NCBI GenBank assembly: GCA_020184695.1
Contig: JAANOX010000153.1
Span: 930,001 to 994,000, forward strand
Direction of reading: 5' to 3'
Source of the DNA: Histomonas meleagridis 2922-C6/04-290x
Lineage: Eukaryota; Protista; Parabasalia
DNA length: 64,000 bases
Each line of letters opens with the position of its first letter. Position 1 is the first letter of the stretch. The position numbers and the translations under genes were made by a program. Positions 10,897-22,708 of this stretch are shown one piece after another. Under the pieces are notes generated by a model. The model saw nothing but the letters and a program-made list of their open reading frames with translations, was not told the DNA's origin and did not search any database.

Positions 10897-13512
10897 TTAG
10901 ACGCTTTTCTTATAGCAGTCGCCCGATCCATTGTTCATATAGTTTATGCTCGATATCTTTGGGTCTGCGTCCTGATCGATTTCTATTCCGTATTTCCTAT
11001 TATCCGTTATATCGCATTCCTCTATTGAACCAGTTCCACCTTTTACGCATATACCTGAAGTATTACTTTTGAACGTACAATTTTCTATCTTATATGTACT
11101 CAAAGGCATCAAACATATACCACAAATACCACAATCATTAAATCGAGTGTTACAAGCATTCAATACCCCATTATCGTTCACTATAATTGCCGCCTTTTCT
11201 TCGTCGTGAACGTTACTGTTTTTGATGTTAACGATGCCACTGTCAGAAATGATGATTGATGCGCCTTTGATGGAGTGACTCAAATCTGAATCAGTTACTT
11301 TAATGATTCCTGACTTTCGTGCTTCGATGTGGACGCCATTATTACCTCGTAACTCACATTTGGTTAATTTGGCTTTAGAACTATCAATGACATACATTCC
11401 ATTGGATTGTTGTTGATCAATGATTTGACATTCATTAAATGTGGCTTTGGTACTAAGTCCAATGACATTAACACCAATGTTATTTTTAGAGATAAGACAA
11501 CTATCTAATGAAACTTTCGAGGATTCGGCAATTACTAAACCAATGGCACCATTCTCAGATAACCGACAATTGGTTAATGTACTTGTAGATTCTTGAATAC
11601 TAAGGCCTTGTTTGGAGTTATTGTCAAAACTACAGCCTAAAAATTCAGGATTTGAGTTCTTAAAGACTGTACAACCAGCTCCTTCAGACTTATTAAATTG
11701 ACAATATTCAAATTTAGGTTTGGCTTCACTTGTAATTTCGATACCCATGAATGAATTTCCATTAATCTTACAGTCCTTGAATACAGGACTTGTATTTCCA
11801 TGGATTTTAATTCCATATTTGGAATTAGATATTGTGCAATTTTCAAAAATAAAATCTGTGATATCTTCCCCGATATCTATTGCACCTGCATCACATTCTG
11901 TGAAGATACAATTAGTAGCAGAACCTCGGACATTATTACCAATGTAAAGTAGGGGTGGCCCGGATTTGTAAAGTTTACAATCCCGAATTTGAAGTACTGA
12001 ATTTTCTCTGATTTGTAACGATGGACCTTTGATGTGAGTGAATTCACACTTTTGTAATTGAACATTTCCTTTCATATAACTTAAGACCCCACAGATGGAG
12101 AGATCTGAAAAGGTATCGTTTCGACCTACAAATAATGATCCTCCTACAGATGCTACTCCTGTTCTACATTGACCTGAAAATGAATCTCCATCAGAATAAG
12201 CAGATGCATATTCAGTTAAACAAACTAATGCATTCTCTGGGGCATTACTGAACTTATTAGAATTCATTATGACGCGTGATGCTTTGACATCAAGACATGT
12301 TCGTTCATGATTAACAAAACTATTTCCAACTAATGTAACCTTAGAGTGAGAAATTACTAACACTCCAACTTTGCCATTCTCTTTAATGACATTATTTTCA
12401 AGGAAAACATTATCACCTTTTGATGATATTTCAATTCCCAAAATCTTATTCTTGGAAATAGTAGAACCTGTTACAGTGACATTAGAACGTTCACTGATAC
12501 AAACTCCGGCCTTTAAATTGTCAGTAATTGTACAATTTGTGATTACACATTTTGCATATCCTTGAACTATAAACCCAAATTGTTCACTATCAGTAAGTGT
12601 ACTATCATTACAATTAACAGTTACTGTGTCTTGTGCAAGAATACACGCTGTTTGTCCTTTCTTAAATTTACAATCTTTAATCTCTACAAATGATTTCCCT
12701 TCAACACTAAGTGCTGCTGTAGCGCCGCCACTAAATTTACAGTTGATAAATCGGACATTAGAATTGGATACCGTTGCCGCATTATATCGATGTTCTTTGG
12801 CAACAAATTTGATGTTTTCAAATATCGCTTCTGGCGAAAGTGATAACAATGCTTCGGAAATCTTATTTGTGTATATTTTAACTTTACCAATACCAATAAT
12901 ATGTATTGGATTTTGAACTTTAAATGCATCATATTCACCCGTAGGAATCTGAAGAACACTATACGGGGCTAAGGACTTGATGAAATCTTGCAAATTACCA
13001 TTGATGTTTTCATCATATGTTTGGGTTGATGAAAACTTCTGGAAAATATGCTCTGAATATTGGATCTTTCGACTAATGTCAGGATGAATAATTGGACCCG
13101 GATCACAGTCATATTTGGTTGGTTTGGATTCTTCGGATATAACTGTTATTTCTTTTTCGCCATTATATTCCTTTGAAAATGGATCTTGATGTCTTAGAAA
13201 TCCAGTGAATCCAAATATCATTGGCGATGGCTTCGTAGGAAGTAATTTAATTGGTGATGGTCGATATTCTGCAAGTGAATCTGGAATTATTGTTTCCATT
13301 TGTGGTAACTCAACAGGCTCCGCTGAGTATGATGTGCTGCTTATGCTAACCGGGGTGTTAACAAGAGATGCTAATGAATTTGGTGGCGGAGATTCTATTT
13401 TTGGAGCACTTAACGTTTGTAAAAGAGACCCAAGTTCGCTTGGCGCAGATTTGTTTGACGTTGCGCCTGCTGTGTTGTTAAGCTCCATAAGGAGCGCATC
13501 AAGCTGTGACAT
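10897..13512 (-). CDS. Right-handed parallel beta-helix repeat protein
   Basis: 871 aa with many PbH1-type repeats (xFxNCxIxxNxxxGIxI) after a Pro/Ser-rich N-terminus. Confidence 0.85.
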   Translation of the reverse strand: MSQLDALLMELNNTAGATSNKSAPSELGSLLQTLSAPKIESPPPNSLASLVNTPVSISSTSYSAEPVELPQMETIIPDSLAEYRPSPIKLLPTKPSPMIFGFTGFLRHQDPFSKEYNGEKEITVISEESKPTKYDCDPGPIIHPDISRKIQYSEHIFQKFSSTQTYDENINGNLQDFIKSLAPYSVLQIPTGEYDAFKVQNPIHIIGIGKVKIYTNKISEALLSLSPEAIFENIKFVAKEHRYNAATVSNSNVRFINCKFSGGATAALSVEGKSFVEIKDCKFKKGQTACILAQDTVTVNCNDSTLTDSEQFGFIVQGYAKCVITNCTITDNLKAGVCISERSNVTVTGSTISKNKILGIEISSKGDNVFLENNVIKENGKVGVLVISHSKVTLVGNSFVNHERTCLDVKASRVIMNSNKFSNAPENALVCLTEYASAYSDGDSFSGQCRTGVASVGGSLFVGRNDTFSDLSICGVLSYMKGNVQLQKCEFTHIKGPSLQIRENSVLQIRDCKLYKSGPPLLYIGNNVRGSATNCIFTECDAGAIDIGEDITDFIFENCTISNSKYGIKIHGNTSPVFKDCKINGNSFMGIEITSEAKPKFEYCQFNKSEGAGCTVFKNSNPEFLGCSFDNNSKQGLSIQESTSTLTNCRLSENGAIGLVIAESSKVSLDSCLISKNNIGVNVIGLSTKATFNECQIIDQQQSNGMYVIDSSKAKLTKCELRGNNGVHIEARKSGIIKVTDSDLSHSIKGASIIISDSGIVNIKNSNVHDEEKAAIIVNDNGVLNACNTRFNDCGICGICLMPLSTYKIENCTFKSNTSGICVKGGTGSIEECDITDNRKYGIEIDQDADPKISSINYMNNGSGDCYKKSV

Positions 13513-14181
13513 CGATTTTTACAGCTTTTTCACTGGGGAAATGGTTTTGACGATAATAAGTAAACTTCATAAAATTCAGGTGTTTAACGATAAGCTGTTA
13601 GACATTCAATTGTATCGGACTTTAACGGTTTGGAAATGACAACAAATTTTGTGGAAATGGTTCATCGCATTATTATTGTTAAAATAATAAAATATTTTTG
13701 TAATTTGTTCACAATTTGGTAAATGTCTAAACAATTTCAGTGTTGTCACTGCAGATGAACATATCAGATAACTTGAAATTGTTGTTGGAAGTCACTGCAG
13801 TGTTATATTCATTTGTGATGTATGAAATTTGTTTTTAAATTAAATTATTGTTTCATCTCTTTTTGTTTGTCCATCATCAAGGCCTTTGCTAACTTTTTTT
13901 AATTTATTAGTAATCATTTATGCTGTTATGTTGATATGTAAAGATTTTATTGATTTTCTTGCATTCAAATTGAACAACACATAATCTATTTACTTTTTTT
14001 AAGGTGTTTCATACATTACTTTAAAGTTTTCACCAACATTATCACCTGAAATTATTCAATTTGTCATTATACTATATTTAAGTTTATCATTGTCATCTTC
14101 TTCTTCAAATAAATTATTTATTTCGTTTTTACGTGATTATATTTTATGTTGTATCTTTTTTTTAAAAAAATAACAAAATGT

Positions 14182-14850
14182 TTACTTAAGAACGCGTGTG
14201 TTAAAAAGAACTTCTGGTTTCTTGATTTGATCGCCAAGTGAAACACTCGGAAAGAGTTCTTGGCCATCTGCAAGAACAAGAATGAATGAACCTATATAGT
14301 TTCCATCTTCCACCATAGATCTATCAGTTGCACACCAATAATAAACAATTTCGCCTTCTGCATCTGGTGGAAATAATCTGGTGATTCGATCTCCATTTGG
14401 TAAAATAATTGAGACAAGAATACCAGACTCTGTGTCTATGTTAATTTCCTCGAATTTTTGATGGATATATTGCTCATATTCTGATGTAACAATGTTTGGA
14501 TTTAAATGAAAAACAAGATTTTTCCTTCTAGAATTTAGTTCCCCTAGAGATATGCCACGATTTGAGGCAACTGTTTCATCGTCAAGATCTTTTCTGACAT
14601 TTTCTAATGAAATCGTAAACTTTTTTGACTTTGTGACAGGACCAGGAAATGGAGGGATGTTTTGTAATCTTTGAGAAGAAACAATTCCATGAAAATTTTC
14701 ATTAGAAAAAGCTTTCAATATATAATTTGGTAAAGGAATTTGTAATGATTCAAATCTTGCTCTTAAAATATCCAGTTGCTCATCTTTAGGGATTTCTTCA
14801 AATTCTTGCTTTGTAAAGCCGATTTTTGCAAGATCTTCTTCTGCAATCAA
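14182..14850 (-). CDS. UBX-domain protein
   Basis: C-terminal ILVSIILPNGDRITRLFP...VYYW...FP...SLGD fits UBX. No in-frame ATG before about residue 180; the nearest ATG (14867) is 17 nt upstream and out of frame. Confidence 0.7.
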   Translation of the reverse strand: MIAEEDLAKIGFTKQEFEEIPKDEQLDILRARFESLQIPLPNYILKAFSNENFHGIVSSQRLQNIPPFPGPVTKSKKFTISLENVRKDLDDETVASNRGISLGELNSRRKNLVFHLNPNIVTSEYEQYIHQKFEEINIDTESGILVSIILPNGDRITRLFPPDAEGEIVYYWCATDRSMVEDGNYIGSFILVLADGQELFPSVSLGDQIKKPEVLFNTRVLK

Positions 14851-15110
14851 AACAGAAAAAAAGGCATTAAATTGACTAAGTCTGTTTATAATTATTTAAT
14901 AATTTTTTTTTGTGATGCAAATTTACCAAAAATAAACTTTTCCTCACATGTATTCATTTACGAACAGACAAGCCCACTGGCTTCCAAATCATTTTATTAT
15001 CTATACACATTAATAGGAAAATAATTTAATTTCCACCTAATGAATTCAGAGATAAAAACTCGACTTTTGTTAATTTTTTTGTTTATTAATTAACAGATCC
15101 TTTTGAGATA

Positions 15111-17151
15111 TCAATGAACATTATTTGCATAGTCTTTTAATAATTTGAATATTTCAACATTATCCCACAAATATGCCATGTTTAGTGCTGTTTTAAATAA
15201 TTTAAACAATTTCCAAATATTAATATGAAACATCAATTTAATAAAATAGACATTAACTAAAAGTAATAAATATCCTTAGCATTGACATTAATTCCTTTTT
15301 GCTCAAGAAGTAATTTAACTATTTTCGGATGTCCATTTTTAGAAGCCGCAATAAGTGCTGTACAAAACAAAATAAATTATTTCCAAATATTATTAACAAA
15401 CTTCAAATTACAATAATAAATCAATAACATATCAAATAAATATTATCTTTAGCATTAATATCAATTCCTTTTTGTTCAAGAAGTAATTTAACTATTTTTG
15501 TTTTACCAAATTGTGATGATTTTATAAGTGCAGTGGAAAATAGTTTTAGAAAAATCCAAATCTTATTTTCAAATATTTTATTCTTTAAATAAACATAATA
15601 TAATATAAATAAATATCTTTAGCATTAATATCTATATCTTTTTGTTCAAGAAGTAGTTTAACTATTTCGATGTAACCATATACAGCTGCTAAAAAAAGTG
15701 CAGTTTCAAACTATTTGATCAAATATTAAAATATATTTGCAAATATTAAAACATAAAAATAAATATTAAATAAAACAAATATAAATTTTTTGCATTTATA
15801 TCAATTCCTTTTTGGTCAAGAAGGAATTTAACTAGATTAATACGACCATATAAAGAAGCATTAATTAATGCAGTATAAAAATATTTAAATAATTCCCGAA
15901 TAATAATTTAGAAAATAAAATGCTTAAAATAAATTTCAAACAAAATAAAATAATAATTTTATAATTAATATCAATTCCTTTATCTAAAATATATTTCACA
16001 AGTTCAACGTTTCCTGATTGAGCTGAAAATATTAAAATATTTTTTGGAAGTTCATTTTCTTTAAGGAAATGTTTGATAAGTAATAAGTTTCCAATTTTAG
16101 CTGATTCGTTTATAATATCATCATTAATTTTCATTCCTTCTTCAACTAAATATGAAAAAGCTTCATAATTATGATATAAAAAGCATTTCATGATAATTAT
16201 ATTAAAGTTATTGATTTGTTCAAGTTTATTTTCATAAAGATATTTAAAAATATCATTTTTATGGAATTTAATAGCTGTTGAATATGTTTTTTTAAATGAT
16301 GAATGATTTTGTTCACATAAATGAATAATTTCTTCATTTCCGCTTGCAACTGCATATTTGCCTGTGTTTATTACATTTGCACCATTCATAAGTAAATGTT
16401 TAAAGCATTTAACAGATCCAAAAAATGCTGCATAATCAATTAATGTAACATTTTCTTTATTAACAAAGTTACATCTTTCATAAAGTGATGGTTCAATTTT
16501 TTGATTAAAATCGAAATTTTCTTGTGATGATATTTCTTGGAGTTTTTCTATTTCATCATTTCGAATTATTTTAGCAATTTCATTTGTGTTAACTCCTTCC
16601 GCAATTAATTGTTTATGAAGTGCAAAATTATTCTTTTTGATTTCATCAATGTTCTCACTGATTAGATACATAAAACCTTCATAAAATGATAGTCCGCTCT
16701 TTGATAATTTTTCGAGTTCTTCTTCTGATAAATAATGGATAAAAAATGCTTTCGTTTTTAAAATGTTTTTGATTATACTTGATTCAAGTAAACCACGTTG
16801 AATCAGACAATCAAGAAGATAATATGATTCTTGTGAATATTTTTTAATTATAAATTGAGTAAATGCTTCAATAATTTTTGATTCGATATGATTTTTTTCT
16901 TCAAATATTTCTATTTCGTTTAGAAAATTTAAATATATGTCAGAATCGTGCCTTTTTATCACAAAAGCTATGTATACCATTTGGCTGATAATTGTGTTAA
17001 AAGATATTGGAAAATTAGTATCAAATTTGGAAATTATTAAATTTGTTGATTGAGAAAAATTTTCTTTGTTCATCCCAAAAATGCTCTGCTTAATCAATTT
17101 AAGTGTTTCCAACTCATTTTGTTGAATAGTCTTTTTTTGCTCATTTTCCAT
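15111..17151 (-). CDS. DUF3447-type ankyrin protein whose C-terminal repeats are split by 17+3-nt arrays (locus A)
   Basis: ATG 17151. After the main ORF come stop-free ankyrin blocks 15874-15785, 15704-15615, 15534-15445, 15361-15272 and a capping block 15191-15111 (TALNMAYLWDNVEIFKLLKDYANNVH*). Confidence 0.85.
15192..15954 (-). repeat. Five spacer arrays of four 20-nt units (17-nt T-rich segment + triplet)
   Basis: Spacers 15954-15875, 15784-15705, 15614-15535, 15444-15362 (83 nt), 15271-15192. Triplets read EYGY, NNNE, YNGS, (N)LEGC, NDGK. Confidence 0.9.
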
Positions 17152-17547
17152 TTTTTTATGTAGAAATGATTAAAATTTGGTCAAAAAGTCATGTCATCGA
17201 ACAAACGGCCGATTGTAATTTGAATGGACAACTGGAAATTTGAGTAAAGTGAATTAACGACAATAATTGATTATTTTGGAATTCTATCCAAATTGAGCAA
17301 TGCTTTTTTAGTTAGTTTTAGTGGTAGGTGTGTTATATTTGTTGATTTAAAATTTCTCATAGATTATATTAATTAATATATCAATTAAATTTTAATGAAA
17401 ATGATAACTGTTATGAATTATGAAATAAACAGATCACATAAAGCAAGTTTAACAACGTAAATACAAAACTCCAAGTGTTGCTAAGCATTTAAAAAAATAT
17501 TTTTTATTTATAAATATATATCAATTGTATAAAACGTTCAACTATAT

Positions 17548-17862
17548 TTAACCGAATAAATACCAAACACAGAAAAACATTAAAAATCCTATAAGTCCTA
17601 CTAGAATCAAACGATCTCTTCTTCTTCTAACTTCTATTTTTGAAGTCAAATTTCCAATAACAGGAACAGTTGAAATGATTTCACTCAATCTGCTGTTTGA
17701 ATTCCTTAAATGACTCATCTGATTATTTAATCTTTCTGTAACTAAGTTTGCTGTTTGGATAGCATCATCTGTTTTTCTTAAAGAATGCATAAGCGACTGA
17801 GATTCACTGACTTTATTATCAAGGAGAGAAGATCCTGGGGGTAAGCCACTATTTCCATACAT
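17548..17862 (-). CDS. Small Qb-type SNARE (Gos1/membrin-like)
   Basis: Heptad SNARE motif followed by RRRRDRLILVGLIGFLMFFCVWYLFG (C-terminal TM anchor). Confidence 0.75.
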   Translation of the reverse strand: MYGNSGLPPGSSLLDNKVSESQSLMHSLRKTDDAIQTANLVTERLNNQMSHLRNSNSRLSEIISTVPVIGNLTSKIEVRRRRDRLILVGLIGFLMFFCVWYLFG

Positions 17863-18284
17863 AAATTTTCATCCGTTTATTTGACCAAAATTGAGCACGT
17901 TAAGATAAAAAAATAATTAACGTGTTTTAAACGGCCGAATACTCCAGGATTTTCTTGAAGTATAAATCCGAAATAAAATTTCAGATTATTAAATAAATTT
18001 GTTTACCAACATTTTATGAAAAAATATTATTTTTTAGAAAATAGCATCATTGATGTAAGTTAAAAAAACATCAAAAATTCAGCCTACATTGATTATTTCA
18101 TTCATAATTACCACTACACCAAACAATAATTTATTTTAATTTCTCTGTTTAAGCAGGGATTGTTCAATTTTAAAGAATACACAAAGCAATTGTTTTTTTG
18201 TAATGTATTTTCAGATAACATTTCTTTATTAAATTGCCCCAAAAAGGGAAATTTTGAGTGACCAATGGTCAGACCTTTTTGGTA

Positions 18285-18848
18285 ATGGCTGAAAAAGAAA
18301 CTACTGCTCCAGTTGAAAACAAGGTTGAAGAAACCAAACCAGAAGACAAGGTTGAAGAAGTAAAGGAAGAAGAAAAAACCGAAGAAACAAAACCAGAAGA
18401 AACACCAGCACCTGCTCCACGCAAAGTATCTCGTGCAGAAAAAAAGATGAAGGAAGCTCTCCTTAAGCATAACCTTAAACCACTTGAAAAAGTATCCACT
18501 GTTATGATGAGGAAAGGTGCCCAAATCATGTGGACATTTGCTTCACCAGATGTTTATTTCATTGATGATGTTTATATTGTTTTTGGTGAACCACAAATGC
18601 AAGACCCAGGTGCAAAGGCTGTTGAACAACTTAGAAGCTCTGCTGCTGCACAAGAAGCTGCTCCAGCCGAACCAGCTGCCACTGTTGTTGAAGATGAACA
18701 AGAAGGTGAAGTTGATGCCACAGGTCTTAAGGAAGAAGATATCAACACAATCATGCAACAATCCAATGTTTCTCGTGCACGTGCTGTTCAAGCTCTCCGT
18801 GATGCCGATGGAGATTTAGTCACAGCCGTCATGAACTTGGCCTTGTAA
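18285..18848 (+). CDS. NACA: Nascent polypeptide-associated complex alpha subunit
   Basis: SRAEKKMKEAL...YIVFGEP NAC domain and C-terminal UBA-like EEDINTIMQQSNVSRARAVQALRDADGDLVTAVMNL. ATG at 18285. Confidence 0.93.
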   Translation: MAEKETTAPVENKVEETKPEDKVEEVKEEEKTEETKPEETPAPAPRKVSRAEKKMKEALLKHNLKPLEKVSTVMMRKGAQIMWTFASPDVYFIDDVYIVFGEPQMQDPGAKAVEQLRSSAAAQEAAPAEPAATVVEDEQEGEVDATGLKEEDINTIMQQSNVSRARAVQALRDADGDLVTAVMNLAL

Positions 18849-18883
18849 ACGCCACAACAAAACATATTCCAATTTTTTTCTGT

Positions 18884-20665
18884 TTATTTAGGTGCTCCTT
18901 TAGCGATAGTCGGGCAAACTTGGTTAATCAATTTCTTACCAGTTGTAATATTTGTACTTCCGACATGGATATCCACCTCGCCCTTAAATATAATTTTACC
19001 CATTTGATGAAGTAACATTACTTCAGTAGCGGTAACTCCACCAATCACAAAAACCAGGATACGTTTAGGTGCCAACCCTTCAGCTGTCACTTTTCTAACC
19101 CACTCTTGGCCGTGAATTTGATGGTCCACCCCCATTTGACACATCAGCTTTTCAACTGGGGTGCCCTTTTCCCACTTGCCACTAATTCCTGCTTGGACCA
19201 ATCGAAGTAAGATAGGTACATAAGTATCATATCCACTTTCCACATCAGTATGTTCTATGGTACCATTTTCATCTTTAATAATTTGTGGTTCTTGGAAAAC
19301 TAATTTCAATGTTTCATCCAAAGTTTGGAACTTTGGATATTTCGACTTTTCAAACAATGATTGTTCATTCACAAGTAAACCAGCGTTACCCAAATTAATT
19401 AAATCTTTGACTATAGCTGTTCCATATTTTGATATCAATCTATTTTGCGTATCTGATAATACGGATGATGGTACCCCACGTGAGATTACGCTTGTTAAAC
19501 ATAATAGTCGTAATGCATCAGACTCATCATTACTATTAATGAGACGCTTTAATAATGTTGTGTCTGGATCTTCCCTTAACATTAATGCATACTCATAGTT
19601 CATCATTGGCTTCATGTACCGATGCATTTGTAATAATTTTTCAAGAATATCAAAATGCATATCAACAAATGGAGCAAGTTCATTGAGTTTCTTGGCACGC
19701 TTGGCATGAACTGTCCATTGGCTCGTTCCTGTTGTGTTTGTCATCTTTTCTTTGATGGTTTGCATTTCATTCATAAGATCGCGTAAACGGTTTCCCGCAT
19801 CAGTGCATGACATACTTCGAATCTCGGCGAATACTTCGTCTTCGGCGTCGGCGAGTAATGTCTCTTTGACTGTCTTGCCACCACGTTTAAGGACAACGCC
19901 ATCTGGTAAATTCATAAAACCGAAATTTATTTCATATTTATCATCAAGAAAACCGCCATAGTAGAATTGGGTTAAAAGTGGAGTAAGAAGATCAACGGTT
20001 CGATCTACAATGAACATTTCATGGATTTGTGGATCTGATTGAAGAAATGCTGGTCCGACTTGTGACTTAAATTCTTCAACTAAGGTATATACGCGTGATG
20101 AGATATCACCAGCTGTGAATACTCGTGATGGAACACCATTGATAAGCTCAAGTTTAAGTAAAGATCTGGCAATTGTATATACATCACTAATGTCATCTTC
20201 AACAAAACAATGACTAAAACATTTGGGTGATGGGACTATGAAATTAAAACTATCAAGTGGAATAATCTCTAGATGGTATTCAAGTAATTGAAGTTTGATT
20301 CCTGATCTTTCAACAATTTCTTGACAAAGTGTGCTGATTCGTGGAATCATTATAAGGAATTTGTTGTAGTTGGGAATGGTTTGGAATTTTTCGCAAACAT
20401 ATTTTGCTTCTTCTGGATCATCAAGACAGAAGCAGCAAACAATACCTGAGGATTCAAGTGGTTTGAAATCTTCAAGAAAGATGATCTTTTCAAACATTGT
20501 ATTAAGACTTTGTAATGTTTTTTGTGGAAGAGCTCTCATGATGAATTGATATGTTTTTTTTAAAAATGTTAAAACTCTTGGGGTTGGGATATTGCTGACA
20601 ATGGAATTTAAATCATCGGATGCAATATTCTTGAAAATAGAATAGAGGTTGTCTTCTTCTGCCAT
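18884..20665 (-). CDS. VPS33: Sec1/Munc18 family protein, Vps33-like
   Basis: LEIIPLD, IVDRTVDLLTPLLTQFYYGGFLDD, VFAEIRSM, ILVFVIGGVTATE motifs. Confidence 0.85.
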   Translation of the reverse strand: MAEEDNLYSIFKNIASDDLNSIVSNIPTPRVLTFLKKTYQFIMRALPQKTLQSLNTMFEKIIFLEDFKPLESSGIVCCFCLDDPEEAKYVCEKFQTIPNYNKFLIMIPRISTLCQEIVERSGIKLQLLEYHLEIIPLDSFNFIVPSPKCFSHCFVEDDISDVYTIARSLLKLELINGVPSRVFTAGDISSRVYTLVEEFKSQVGPAFLQSDPQIHEMFIVDRTVDLLTPLLTQFYYGGFLDDKYEINFGFMNLPDGVVLKRGGKTVKETLLADAEDEVFAEIRSMSCTDAGNRLRDLMNEMQTIKEKMTNTTGTSQWTVHAKRAKKLNELAPFVDMHFDILEKLLQMHRYMKPMMNYEYALMLREDPDTTLLKRLINSNDESDALRLLCLTSVISRGVPSSVLSDTQNRLISKYGTAIVKDLINLGNAGLLVNEQSLFEKSKYPKFQTLDETLKLVFQEPQIIKDENGTIEHTDVESGYDTYVPILLRLVQAGISGKWEKGTPVEKLMCQMGVDHQIHGQEWVRKVTAEGLAPKRILVFVIGGVTATEVMLLHQMGKIIFKGEVDIHVGSTNITTGKKLINQVCPTIAKGAPK

Positions 20666-21229
20666 TGCAAGATGAGTTCTGTAACCGCCAAAACCGATGT
20701 CATTTCATTGAATTAAAAGTGCCAGCCGACCGTTAATTAACGTTTTCCTTTTTTCTTTGAGCATGTGATAACAAAAAACATGTTTTATAACAAATTCTTA
20801 TGCAATTATTAGTTTCATAGTTAATGCCTATCTGTGCTGTGACATTTCTTTTGGATTTAGAATAGGACATTCAAATTTTTTACTCAGCTCTTAATTTTCC
20901 ACTAGAAATGTCTATACTCATATTAAAAGCAAAATGAAAAGGTGAAATAAGATTAATGTGTACTGTTTTATTTAAACTCTTTCAACCGGGGGCAATCGTG
21001 TCTTATTACCATTTTCAAAATCCACATGGCAACGATTGTTTTTCATATCACAATTCCTTTAGAAATACAAAAGTGCTATTTTTTAAAGAATGAACCAAAA
21101 TATCTTATCGTTCAGTTTTGACTAAGCTTGTTGCCATATTTGAGAGCCACCGGCACCATGTTTGAATGATCATTCAAAAAAATTCATTTTATATTATATT
21201 TCTATATTGGAAAGAATCACTTTAGTGCA

Positions 21230-22708
21230 ATGGAATTGTATAAACTCTCGCAATCATTGGAGAATATTATTTTCAATCTCAACGAAAATAACATTGAAAC
21301 ATCAGTTCAATCGACGATTAATTTATTTGTTTTTGATTACCCTTATACATTTAATCTTCTTGTTTCCAGATTCATATACTCAGCTTTTGCTTCTAAAAGG
21401 ACTGGTGAAAATCTAACTATTCAATACATACTTTCTTTGAAAGCTCATGAAGATCAACGAAACAAAAACTCAATTCAAAATCGATATAAACAAATATATG
21501 ATATATTTCTGAAGTATTTGCGTGACATAAAAACCCAAGAATCTTTATTTCTTCTTGGAAAAATGATTGAAAAAGGATTAATTAAATCAGATTTTGTCAA
21601 AAAGATCAAAACATTATATTTTGCACATTATAAATCAAAAATAGAAATCAGCCAAACTAAACATCAATCAAAAAAATTAATTTATAAGGAATTTAAGTCA
21701 AATATTGAAGAACTTTCAAAAGATGATTGGAAACTTCATAAAGAATTAATTAAAGAAGGAGTTAATCCAAAAGAAATTGCGAAAATAATTCGAAATGATG
21801 ACATAGAAAAACTTCAAGAAATGTCATCACAACCAAATTTTAATTTTAATAAGGCAATTAAACCATCACTTTATGAAAGATATTCATTTATTAATCAATA
21901 TGATGTTACGTTAATTGATTATGCAGCATTTTTTTCTTCAGTTAAATGTTTTAAATATTTACATATGAATGGAGCAAATGTAGAAAATACATTAAAATAT
22001 GCAATTGCAGGTGGAAACTTCGAAATTATTCATTTATGCGAATCGAATAATTCATTATTTGAAGAAGAATTAGAAACGACAACTGAATTTCATCGAAATG
22101 AAGTTTTTCATTATTTTTATGATAAGAAACTTAATGAAATAAAAGATTTAAGAGAATTAGGAATTAAATGTAATAAATATAATAATTATGAAATATTTTC
22201 ATTTTTAGAAAAAGACGGAATGAAAATTGACCGAACAATAATAAACAAGTTGGAAACAATTGGAAACTCATTTTTATTGGATTAATACAATAAAAATCGA
22301 CAAATTTATCAACAAAAACAATTTAAAGTATATGCATGTGAATATAATTTAAAATTGGTAATTTCAATTGACTCTGTTGGCAGGAGTTTTGGTGGTAGAA
22401 TGGTTATATTGAACTTGAATTCGACTTTAGTATCTAAAATTCCACAAAATCAAAAGCTTCTAATTTCTGTGAATCTAGAAGATTTTATAAAAATCAAAAA
22501 TTTAATGAAAATATATGGAAATTTAACAAGTTATTATTGGCACTTGAACCATAAGTACGGATATATGCCAATTGATGAATGCTATGTAATACCTAATAAA
22601 AAAATTGACAAAACCGCACATGAAAAATGGAATGCTATAGAAAAAGTGCGTGAAGAAATAGCAAAAACTTTGTTTAATGAAAGAGCAATGATAAAAATGC
22701 TTTATTAA
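21230..22708 (+). pseudogene. DUF3447 ankyrin paralog with one in-frame TAA (22283-22285) and no spacer arrays
   Basis: ORF 21230-22285 is highly similar to loci A and B (IAKIIRNDDIEKLQEMSSQPNFNF...PSLYERYSF...LIDYAAFFSSVKCFKYL). The same frame stays open from 22286 to 22708. Confidence 0.7.

Noticed and set aside
13930-14110. IISGDNVGEN resembling a GTPase P-loop
   Set aside because: Lacks GKT/S and is surrounded by stops.
15192-15954. Single canonical or AT-AC intron per spacer
   Set aside because: No AG ends or ACTAAC. An AT...AC cut (G|AT...AC|T) breaks the frame. Stops near both spacer ends exclude a contiguous 12-nt exonic linker.
22283-22285. TAA reassignment to Gln (alternative genetic code)
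   Set aside because: Most genes in the window terminate at TAA at their expected C-termini.
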